Program-made: the position numbers and the translations under genes | Shown: positions 17,542 to 26,002 of the stretch, one piece after another | Layout: each line of letters begins with the position of its first letter | How positions within the stretch are numbered: position 1 is the first letter of the stretch | Source of the DNA: an uncultured Hyphomicrobiales bacterium | Lineage (GTDB): Bacteria; Bacteroidota; Ignavibacteria; Kapaibacteriales; UBA2268 | Length of the DNA stretch: 64,000 nt | Reading direction: 5' to 3' | NCBI GenBank assembly: GCA_964645005.1 | Contig: CAZXYS010000005.1 | Coordinates: 56,698-120,697, forward strand | Notes under the pieces: generated by a model | What the model was told of the DNA's origin: nothing | Database searches by the model: none | What the model saw: the letters and a program-made list of their open reading frames with translations, nothing else

Positions 17542-18972
17542 TTATCTAATTTTGATTAGTGAACCGTCAATAACTTTTTTATGATGTGAGATTATATCAA
17601 AATAATAAATCCCACTTGATATGCCTTCCAATTTAAGTGGAATGATTAATTCCGGGGTTTTCTTCTCTTTTTCGATTTTCATAACATCAATCCCCATTTC
17701 ATTATAGATTTTTATTTTAATTTTTCCGGTGATAGATGATATAAAATGAAGTTCTGTAGTTCCCGTATTCGGATTTGGAGCTGTAAAAGCATTAGTTTCA
17801 ATATTTTGACGATTTATTATGTTAAAATCATCTTGAAAGACGGAAGATTTCTGCACTATTCCACTACAAAGAATGAAACAATCAGGATTTGCATCGCATT
17901 CATCATACCACTTTCCTCCAATTTTTGTTTCGACTTTTTCACCATTTTCATTGCATATTTTATATTCACTCCAGCAACATCCTTCCTCTTCACATGGAAT
18001 AACATGCGGTTGATTGCCAGGTTCGTTTTTCCAGCAATTATCGGTTAAGACTCTATAATCATAATAACATTCTCCATTTTCTTCAGGTTTAGGATGCTGT
18101 TCATCATCATGAAGGACATCCTTTTCAATAAAAGAATAAATATCATTCATCGTATATGAAGCGCAATCATCGCACTCAGGAGATGTGGTAAAATCATTAA
18201 TTTTGTAATCCTTATATTCTTTCGGAATAATTTGGTGTTCATCATTTACAAGTGTACAGTGTTGAGTTCTAATCTGGTAGTGATACTCAACATGACAACT
18301 TGTAGTCCCGCAGGGTATTGTTACTGTTTCGGTATATTCCTCAGGTTCCCAGTCCCCATAAAAGCAGTCCGCATCGCAAGGATTTTTTGTAACTGGATAT
18401 TGATCACACTCAGGTGCACATTCGGGCTGTGGGCAGTCAGGAAAGAAATCCCGTGGCTCAGGGTCTAAAAATGATCCTTTTTGATAATTTGGTGGATCTT
18501 CATAGAAAGTAACATCCATTAATTTTTTGCAGCATCTTTTTTCATAATCACATAAAATTCCATCCTCGTAGCATTCAGCATCTATGTATATATAGATGAA
18601 CGATTTATAATCATCATCAGGATACCTTCCCGTACTTATTAATTTATTATAAAAAGTTGTTGGGTCGGCTTGAGATTCTTGTGAGACTATTTCATGATAT
18701 AAAATTGATAAGACAATATGTATACAATTAAAACAGTCATCACCTCCATTATATTGGACATCATAGATTTGAACTTCAAATTCGTTTTCGTCATCTCCAG
18801 CCCATCTTGTTTGATATGTTATTTTCCAGCAACAATTCTCATCACAGGGAAAATCAGGATGGTTCAAATCATTAATTATATAGTCCGCACAGATTGTTCT
18901 TTGGTATTTCTGTCCCCAGTCAGTTTGATCTTCAGTTGGGCAAGGCTCGAAGGTGTCTGCAGCTAAAGGCAT
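17542..18972 (-). CDS. Cysteine-rich (30 Cys) protein with T9SS C-terminal sorting domain; signal peptide encoded out of frame upstream
   Basis: C-terminal APNPNTGTTELHF...IKIYNEMG...SGIYYFDII...LIKIR. The passenger carries recurring Cys clusters (CDENCCWK, CEEEGCCWSEY, CPQPECAPEC). The ORF as listed starts MPLAADTFEPC with no signal peptide. Confidence 0.7.
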   Translation of the reverse strand: MPLAADTFEPCPTEDQTDWGQKYQRTICADYIINDLNHPDFPCDENCCWKITYQTRWAGDDENEFEVQIYDVQYNGGDDCFNCIHIVLSILYHEIVSQESQADPTTFYNKLISTGRYPDDDYKSFIYIYIDAECYEDGILCDYEKRCCKKLMDVTFYEDPPNYQKGSFLDPEPRDFFPDCPQPECAPECDQYPVTKNPCDADCFYGDWEPEEYTETVTIPCGTTSCHVEYHYQIRTQHCTLVNDEHQIIPKEYKDYKINDFTTSPECDDCASYTMNDIYSFIEKDVLHDDEQHPKPEENGECYYDYRVLTDNCWKNEPGNQPHVIPCEEEGCCWSEYKICNENGEKVETKIGGKWYDECDANPDCFILCSGIVQKSSVFQDDFNIINRQNIETNAFTAPNPNTGTTELHFISSITGKIKIKIYNEMGIDVMKIEKEKKTPELIIPLKLEGISSGIYYFDIISHHKKVIDGSLIKIR

Positions 18973-18975
18973 TAC

Positions 18976-19000
18976 GAATAGAATAGAATAGAATAGAATA
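18976..19000. repeat. Pentanucleotide microsatellite (GAATA)5
   Basis: Five perfect tandem units read directly from the sequence, lying between an upstream ATG (19010, minus strand) and the ATG of the 17542-18972 ORF. Confidence 0.95.
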
Positions 19001-19336
19001 AGCTTTTCATGGTATCCCCCATGTTAATGTGATACATAAGTTTTTATTAAGTTAATTGCTATATCCCGCTCTAACCGATTATTTATTTGATATTTTGTAA
19101 AAAATAAATGAATCGGAAACACAGTAATACAACCTATTCAAATTTAATCAAAGAAACTATTAATAATTTAAATATAAATTTCCAAAAAGTCAAGCATATT
19201 AAATATATTTATTAATATTTTCTTTGAAATTTTTTAATTATACTTTTATTTTTTTAATAAATATGGATTTAATCGTTTTTTTATTTATATTTTAAGATTA
19301 AGGATATTCGCAAAAAACTAAAAATATATTCCAAAA

Positions 19337-20692
19337 ATGGCTGAAAACGACGAAATAAAAAAACAGGATCTTAATGAGATAATCCCCGAAGCGGGCAGTC
19401 TCTCGCAAAATCAGGAAGAATACATTCGGGCGCTGGAAATGTCCGTGCAGATGCTGCAGCGCGAAGTCGAGCACCTGCGCTCGCAAGCTCAATCCGCCGA
19501 TGAAGGAAAGCAGCCATCGCAGAAGCGTCCTTCCGGCATCGACGTGGACTATTCCGACTGCTCGAGTGAGCGCGAAGTCCACCTCAAATACCATAAAAAA
19601 CTCGCCGAAAATTTCGACATCCTCGAAAGCGACATATATTTCGTCACCTCGACGAAAGCCCTTCAACCCATTTCCGGCTCCGACACTTCGACCACGCTGG
19701 AACCAATTGTGAAAAACTTCGTCGAGGAAGGCATCATCGACTGGACTCTTGAAAACGGCAATGCGCGCGTCATACCCAATCTCGGCGATGAACTCGGCGA
19801 AACGCCTACATATTTCCTGCTTATCCCTTTGAAATTGCGGGGCGGCGCTCTGGGCGTTTTTATGGCAAGGACATCCCGACAGCCGAATGAATTTACGGAT
19901 GAAGATATTCAATATCTGACTTCATCAGCTTCGAGGACTGCGATAGCGCTGGATAACATACGTAGTTCCAACGAGATAGCAAAGATGAACAAACGGCTGG
20001 CATCACTAAACGAGCAAATGCTTGAATCAACAAAAATGGCTTCCATCGGCGAGCTAACCGCTGCCATCGCCGGCGAACTGGAAACACCCGTCAAGATGAT
20101 AGCAGGGCATCTTGACCTGCTCGAATCCGGCTTGGGCGACCAGAAGCGCAGACTGCAAATAATCCGTGAGCAGCTCGAGAAGATCACCAATATAACCTCG
20201 GGACTGGCAAATCTGGCTAAAACTTCAGGCAGAGAAGCCCAGCCCGCGGAAATAAATATCTGCTCGATGATAAACGAGGCTCTGCTGTTTTCCGGCTATC
20301 AGCTGCAGAGGGACGGCATCAGCATCGACAAGGAATTCGAGGATGAATCTCTGACTATCAAAGGCTCCCGCTCGCGCATAGAGCAGGCGCTGCTGAATTT
20401 GCTATTGCAGATAAGAGATCTGTCGCCGGAAGCAGACAAGATAACTATCGGCGTTTACAAGACCGGCAAGGATAAAGTATCCCTGCTCGTCAAGGATAAC
20501 GGTCCGGGCATGGACAATGACGAACTCAACAATATTCTCTCATCCGGCGAGCTCGATGACGAAGAAAAATCGAAGACTTCAGCCTTTATGACGGTGAAAA
20601 ATATCATTGAAGAGCATTCCGGAAGCATCGAAATTTTCTCTGAGGTCGGCAGAGGAACTACGTATAAAATTTTGTTACCTGTTTATAGATGA
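19337..20692 (+). CDS. GAF-domain histidine-kinase-like protein lacking the canonical phospho-acceptor His
   Basis: GAF-like core (LIPLKLRGGALGVFMA...), DHp-like MASIGELTAAIAGELETPV (Gly246, GGC at 20072-20074, where AHE is expected), and an HATPase_c domain with NLLLQI, DNGPGM and GRGTTYKILLP. Confidence 0.75.
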   Translation: MAENDEIKKQDLNEIIPEAGSLSQNQEEYIRALEMSVQMLQREVEHLRSQAQSADEGKQPSQKRPSGIDVDYSDCSSEREVHLKYHKKLAENFDILESDIYFVTSTKALQPISGSDTSTTLEPIVKNFVEEGIIDWTLENGNARVIPNLGDELGETPTYFLLIPLKLRGGALGVFMARTSRQPNEFTDEDIQYLTSSASRTAIALDNIRSSNEIAKMNKRLASLNEQMLESTKMASIGELTAAIAGELETPVKMIAGHLDLLESGLGDQKRRLQIIREQLEKITNITSGLANLAKTSGREAQPAEINICSMINEALLFSGYQLQRDGISIDKEFEDESLTIKGSRSRIEQALLNLLLQIRDLSPEADKITIGVYKTGKDKVSLLVKDNGPGMDNDELNNILSSGELDDEEKSKTSAFMTVKNIIEEHSGSIEIFSEVGRGTTYKILLPVYR

Positions 20693-20723
20693 TTAGTTTT
20701 TATATATTTGCAAATATGAATTC

Positions 20724-22355
20724 ATGATTATTGCAAAAAAAATATTGAGAAAAGTTACATTTATCGGTATACTGCCGCTTATGTTGGTAATACTAAGCGG
20801 CAGTCTGACTGCTCTCAATGATGTAAAAAGGGTGGACATACAAAAGCCCGGCAGAATAATATTCTACTGCTCGGACACCCCGCAGGAATTTTCAACGAAA
20901 CTATCTGAAGATAAAAAGAAGATCACTATAATTTTAAAAAATGCGGCTATCACGGATACTCTGCGGGACATTCCAGGCAAACATCAGGTCAGCAGCATTC
21001 GAATTGAACCGGAAAAAAACAATCTGCAAATACGCATATATTTGAACTCGAAGAAGGGCTACACTGCAATTCCCCTGCACTATTCAAGGGCATTACAGGT
21101 TGAAGTCTTCAACTGGGATAATCTTTCCCCTGCCGAAGACAGCTACAGAAGCGGTCTGCTCGCCCTCGAAGACGGTCTGACCGATCCCGCTTCAAAATAC
21201 CTGAAAAAAGCCGCCCGCGCAGGTCATGGAAATGCCGCAGCAGTCCTAGGTGTCAATGAACTGAGGAATGGCAAACTCAATTCCGCCCTCGACCACCTCT
21301 ACATCGCAGCAAAAGACAAAACAGACATATACGACGCTTACGGCGCTCTGTCGCAAATTTTCGAAGAATACGGATTCCTCGATAAAGCAGGGTTCTTCGC
21401 CGAGGCATTCAAAGTGAAGACCGGACTTAACTACATCAACCGGCAGCAAATACCCGAGCCGCCGACTGAACTCGACAAGCTGGAATCCGAATCCCTGGTG
21501 AAAATCCTCGACGATCCTGCAATGAATGATTCCACCCTGCTGATGAAACCCGGCGAGGTGAAAGATACTACCGGCAAGAAAGATGGGCGCTTTTCCAATA
21601 TCTTCGGCGAGCAGGCAGATACCGCCGCCGCCGAAGATGAATATGATGAGAATAAGCCATCGTCTTATGTTCCCTCATGGTTTACGGATATATTACTTTA
21701 TGCGGTGATTTTCATCGTATTAATAGCTGTTATCATTGGCGGGGCTTACTACCGATGGCGCAAAGCAAAACTGAAGAAGACTACCGACACCTTCACCGAC
21801 GAACTCAGCAAATCTATGAAACAGGAAAGCGGGCAGCCCCAAAAACAGCCCGAGCAAACCTCGAAAGATACCGGCAGCAAAGGACAACTCATTGATAAAT
21901 CAACGGATAGCGAAGAAAAAAAACAGGAAAAACCACCCCAAAAAGAAACCGATAGCGAAAAACATCGTCAAATTAGTAAAGGGAAAACAGATCAGGATAA
22001 GCTTCTTGAGATTTTATCAAGGGTGAAAGAGTTCAAAGAGACAGATCAGGGTAAGGAACAAGAACAAAACCCACAGCAAGAGCAAAGTTCAAAGGCAGAG
22101 CAAATAAATCCGAAGCTCGAATTGGCGATGCACTTGAAAAACGAACAACAGAAGATCAAATCGGGGGAAATCGAATCGCCCGACGAAACGGAACTGACCT
22201 CGGACATGAACAAATTAAGCGAGGCAGCACAAAAGCTCGGGATAATCAAAGAAAAAGTTGAATCAAATAAAAATCTGGAGAAACCCGGTACCGACAAAAG
22301 CACTATTTCTAAACTCCGGAAAAAATTTTCTGACAAAGACTCAAAGGATAAATAG
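20724..22355 (+). CDS. Membrane-anchored protein: AMIN-like domain, Sel1/TPR-like segment, one TM helix and a Lys/Glu/Gln-rich tail
   Basis: KRVDIQKPGRIIFYCS...KKITIILKNA...LQIRIYL resembles AMIN. KKAARAGHGNAAAVLG is Sel1-like. TM helix ILLYAVIFIVLIAVIIGGAYY. The C-terminal ~190 aa are low complexity. Confidence 0.5.
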   Translation: MIIAKKILRKVTFIGILPLMLVILSGSLTALNDVKRVDIQKPGRIIFYCSDTPQEFSTKLSEDKKKITIILKNAAITDTLRDIPGKHQVSSIRIEPEKNNLQIRIYLNSKKGYTAIPLHYSRALQVEVFNWDNLSPAEDSYRSGLLALEDGLTDPASKYLKKAARAGHGNAAAVLGVNELRNGKLNSALDHLYIAAKDKTDIYDAYGALSQIFEEYGFLDKAGFFAEAFKVKTGLNYINRQQIPEPPTELDKLESESLVKILDDPAMNDSTLLMKPGEVKDTTGKKDGRFSNIFGEQADTAAAEDEYDENKPSSYVPSWFTDILLYAVIFIVLIAVIIGGAYYRWRKAKLKKTTDTFTDELSKSMKQESGQPQKQPEQTSKDTGSKGQLIDKSTDSEEKKQEKPPQKETDSEKHRQISKGKTDQDKLLEILSRVKEFKETDQGKEQEQNPQQEQSSKAEQINPKLELAMHLKNEQQKIKSGEIESPDETELTSDMNKLSEAAQKLGIIKEKVESNKNLEKPGTDKSTISKLRKKFSDKDSKDK

Positions 22356-22408
22356 CAAACAATCGTTTAACGTATTGGTTAATAATATGAATTTCAGGCA
22401 AAACATAT

Positions 22409-22930
22409 ATGAAAATTAGTTATAGAATAATATTATCAAATTTTATAAATAAATTTCCAAGTGGAAAACTTTTGGTTTTTCCTTTGGTTTTCTTTCTTTT
22501 GATAGGTATAAATTCAGCTCAACCAATAAATTACGATCGTTATGACTATTTCAACCACAATTTTAACTTACTGACTTTAGAATTTCAGCAGACAGATGGC
22601 ACAAAATTTGCTGAAAATAGCAATAGCGGTATGGCTAACTCCCAGGCGGAAGCTGATACCAGCTCGAAAAACAGTATCGATAAGCTATACTACAACGGGC
22701 AGTCGCACGTTTTGGAGTTAGAACTTGAAGAAAATGTATCGAGAATAGAAATTAAAATCTATAACCTTATTGGCAAAGATGTTAAAACTGCGTACGAAGG
22801 GAAGCCTAAGCCAAAAGGAAGTGAATATCATCTCGAAACATCGGAACTTCCGCGGGGAGTTTACATCTGTACCGTTTTAGGAAAAGATTTTCTGTTAACA
22901 AGGAAGTTTATCGTCAAGAGTCAGGAATGA
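22409..22930 (+). CDS. Small secreted protein consisting mostly of a T9SS C-terminal sorting domain
   Basis: Signal/anchor segment, then IEIKIYNLIGKDV...RGVYICTVLGKDFLLTRKFIVK. Confidence 0.6.
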   Translation: MKISYRIILSNFINKFPSGKLLVFPLVFFLLIGINSAQPINYDRYDYFNHNFNLLTLEFQQTDGTKFAENSNSGMANSQAEADTSSKNSIDKLYYNGQSHVLELELEENVSRIEIKIYNLIGKDVKTAYEGKPKPKGSEYHLETSELPRGVYICTVLGKDFLLTRKFIVKSQE

Positions 22931-24042
22931 ATTTAATAAAAGACCAAACATCCGCGAAAATATTCATTGGAAAACGTTTTCCGAGAACAAGAAAAAAATT
23001 CGGAAGCATTGTCATTATTATAATGCTGTTCCTGCTATTTCTCGCCACAGTTCCATTCAAAATATATCCTCAATCCTACGGCGGCGGCTATTCGGAAGCA
23101 TACCTGCTGCGAGACGTAGGCGCCCGCCCAATTGCTATGAGCGGCGCTTACACAGCAGTTGTCAACGAGCCGTCAGCGATTTTCTACAATCCTGCCGGGC
23201 TCGGCTTTCTTGTCGATACGCCGATGGTGATGACCTCCTACTCATTCCTGGAATTTGGCAGGACGCACTCCGCCCTTGCATGGGGACAGTCGATATTGAA
23301 AAATCTCGGCGTTGGCGTCGGGATCAACAGCTTCACATCCGGCTCATTCGAAGGGCGCGATATAATGGGCAATCCACTCGGCACTATGACTGACTGGTCA
23401 TACTCCATTGTTGGCGGCGCATCTTACAGGATAGAATACGCCAGCATGGGCATCGCCGCAAAATATCTTACGAACAATCTTACCGGCTCTGACATTCAGG
23501 CAAACGGCTATTCTGTTGATATGGGCATGAAATTCAACATTGTCGATCTATTCTCTTTCGGCGTAGCAATGCAGAATGTTTCCGGCAAGATGTTCTGGAA
23601 CACAAAAAATGAGGATAGGGAGAATATACCATATACCATTCGCAGCGGCGTCGCTATGGAATTCGGGCTCAACAATGAAGAATACACCACACGAACAAAT
23701 ATAACCGGCGAACGGGAGCAGGTTGTCGTTCCGGCGACAAGATATGTCCTCGTAAGCATGGACTTTATGATGACGCAGTACGAGATAGCGCCAAAGCTTG
23801 TATTAGGCGCGGAAGCCATCATTCACGAGATGTTCGGGCTTCGCGGCGGCATAGCGCTATACGGCGAAAAGCTGGGCAAGCCGCAGCCCCTGCCTATGAA
23901 CATCTGGGGCGGCGGCGTAACCATCCGCCCGGAACTCGAAGGACTTCCCTTCCAGACTCACATCGATTACAGCATTTCTTCGGATTACATTTCCACCAGC
24001 GGAATTTCGCATAATCTATCACTTATGCTATATTTTGATTGA
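22927..24042 (+). CDS. PorV/PorQ-family-like outer-membrane beta-barrel
   Basis: GARPIAMSGAYTAVVNEPSAIFYNPAGLGF N-terminal signature, beta-strand-rich sequence, aromatic C-terminus (LMLYFD). Start overlaps the upstream stop (ATGA). Confidence 0.55.
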   Translation: MNLIKDQTSAKIFIGKRFPRTRKKFGSIVIIIMLFLLFLATVPFKIYPQSYGGGYSEAYLLRDVGARPIAMSGAYTAVVNEPSAIFYNPAGLGFLVDTPMVMTSYSFLEFGRTHSALAWGQSILKNLGVGVGINSFTSGSFEGRDIMGNPLGTMTDWSYSIVGGASYRIEYASMGIAAKYLTNNLTGSDIQANGYSVDMGMKFNIVDLFSFGVAMQNVSGKMFWNTKNEDRENIPYTIRSGVAMEFGLNNEEYTTRTNITGEREQVVVPATRYVLVSMDFMMTQYEIAPKLVLGAEAIIHEMFGLRGGIALYGEKLGKPQPLPMNIWGGGVTIRPELEGLPFQTHIDYSISSDYISTSGISHNLSLMLYFD

Positions 24043-24355
24043 GCAAAAAAAACTCGCCAAATCTCTTTCTAAGATATCCATAAGTATGTATAAAAACCAT
24101 TCCGGCGAATCTCTTTAGATCACGTTTCAGCGGAGCAGGAATCTAAAATTCCCCTGATTGAGGCGGGGTGGAATCTTCATTCGTAATTCATCATTCGTAA
24201 TTCGTAATTGAATCCCCCCCCCTCCGGTACTTTTACTTACAAAGTTGGACTTTGCCTTTAAAAAACTTACTCATGCCGAAAAAAAATTCCGCAACTTTTT
24301 TCTTACTTATGTGTTATTTTTTATAGGAAAAGAGAAAATCCTAAATTTCCAGAGT

Positions 24356-24391
24356 AAAAATAAGGAAAGATGCTCCTAATTCCTTATTTTT
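24356..24391. terminator. Bidirectional hairpin terminator candidate
   Basis: ataaggaa (24360-24367) / ttccttat (24380-24387) flanked by A5 and T5. Lies between the convergent 22927-24042 (+) and 24491-25882 (-) genes. Confidence 0.5.
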
Positions 24392-24490
24392 GTAAAAACT
24401 AAAAAATTATTTTTCACCAGAAAAGGAGCACCTTTCCAATAACAGAAAATAAGAAAAAAAATGAAGAAATCACAGAAATAAAAACTAATT

Positions 24491-25882
24491 TTAATGCAGG
24501 TGAATTAACAAAAGGGTGCATACTCGGCTGGCTGCGTCCGGGGAATACTCATACCAGTAATAATTGCCCTGAATTTTTGAAGCAGACATTTTCAATGATC
24601 CCTTCTCAGACGAAAAAACTGCTGATAAGATTAGTATATCAGTATTTATATTATTGATCTCATCCCATATCCTGTCTGCCGGTGTACCAGCAACAATTCG
24701 GCTGGCACCTAAAGCAGGATCATTCCACCAATCATTAAAATTATGGTTCATATCCGTAATTGTTGATGGTGATTTTGTGTTGCCAAAAGAGGGATGCTGT
24801 CCAATTGATGGTATCCCGTCTCCACTTAGCTTTACATGAGCATAAAATTCATGCATATAGATAAATAACAGAGACTTAAATCTATGGACTTCTAATGAAC
24901 CTATATCCGAAGATTTTTTAATATTATCAGTATTAATACCTCTAAATATAAATTCTTTGAAACTAAGAAAGTCCTCATAAATTGATATTAATTGGTTCTT
25001 TGAAGCAGGTTTTTGCAAATTCAATCCGTCGAAATTAACAAATTTAATTTCATCTGGCGGTGTAGTAATCTTTTTCAAATCAAATAATCCTAACTTTGCA
25101 CCAACAATACCATTTTTAATACTAACATCGGAAGAATTATTTAAAGGTGCAGAAGTCCAACCACGAGTAGCTTTTTTTATTTTGGTAAAAGATAAGTAAG
25201 AATCATAATATGAAGAAATATATACATCAAAATCTCTATAGTTTGGTGAACTTGGCTCATTATACAATTCATTTAATTGTTTGCCATAGGAAGTATACAA
25301 CGATGCTTTATGAATTGCTTTCAAAATAGGAATATTCGCCAAGAATATATCTTCATCGCCAATATCCTTGAATATTACCGGATTATTTGCCAACCCGGCA
25401 TAAGGTGATAAAAACGGATATTTTGTAGATAGAGGGTCTCTACTTAACCAGCGCCCTACCCGGGGATCATAGAAGCGAGCGCCATAATCATAGCTATTTC
25501 CGGTTCCTGTATTTTGTCCGCTTATCATACTCTTATTTTCCTTCACCTCGTTATCCATTTCCATGCCGTTGAAGCCGCAACGGTGGCTGCTGCTCTGCCA
25601 GTGGCGACCGGGCTGCAGCATGCCGAACGGATAATAATCGTTTACCGCAAGGACATCCGCCTTGAAGCCGTTATAAGCCTGCGCGTCCGGCTGCTTGATG
25701 TCGCTTATCAGCAGCCGCACATTGCCGAGATGGTCTTTTATCTCGTAGCTCTTTTCTCCTATTACACGATTGAATGTCGTCGGTCGTGTAATGAAGTCCT
25801 CGGAATAGGCGAGGTCTTCGGCGGGGGTGATAGGGGTTCCTCTGTTATAACAACCAACGGAACAGTAAAACCCCAACTCCAT
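24491..25882 (-). CDS. Rhs/YD-repeat C-terminal fragment: RHS-associated core plus ~290-aa unknown C-terminal (toxin-like) domain; N-terminal shell absent
   Basis: YEIKDHLGNVRLLISD, NDYYPFGM, FNGMEMDNE, YDYGARFYDPRVGRWLSRDPL...SPYAGLANNPVIF is the RHS core signature. An in-frame TAA sits immediately upstream of the ATG. Confidence 0.8.
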   Translation of the reverse strand: MELGFYCSVGCYNRGTPITPAEDLAYSEDFITRPTTFNRVIGEKSYEIKDHLGNVRLLISDIKQPDAQAYNGFKADVLAVNDYYPFGMLQPGRHWQSSSHRCGFNGMEMDNEVKENKSMISGQNTGTGNSYDYGARFYDPRVGRWLSRDPLSTKYPFLSPYAGLANNPVIFKDIGDEDIFLANIPILKAIHKASLYTSYGKQLNELYNEPSSPNYRDFDVYISSYYDSYLSFTKIKKATRGWTSAPLNNSSDVSIKNGIVGAKLGLFDLKKITTPPDEIKFVNFDGLNLQKPASKNQLISIYEDFLSFKEFIFRGINTDNIKKSSDIGSLEVHRFKSLLFIYMHEFYAHVKLSGDGIPSIGQHPSFGNTKSPSTITDMNHNFNDWWNDPALGASRIVAGTPADRIWDEINNINTDILILSAVFSSEKGSLKMSASKIQGNYYWYEYSPDAASRVCTLLLIHLH

Positions 25883-26002
25883 TTACGCACGGTCAACCTG
25901 CGCAGCCTGTAACCCTAACCCTTAGCCGTTAACCTCTCTCCAAAATCGACCAACTCAACTATCAACCACCTCTCAAAAATATATCCCCCCAGACAAACGA
26001 GC

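Noticed and set aside
24800-24900. HEFYAH in the Rhs C-terminal region considered as a zincin HExxH metalloprotease motif
   Set aside because: The spacing is H-E-x-x-x-H, not HExxH, and I see no downstream third ligand motif. The tip is left as unknown function.
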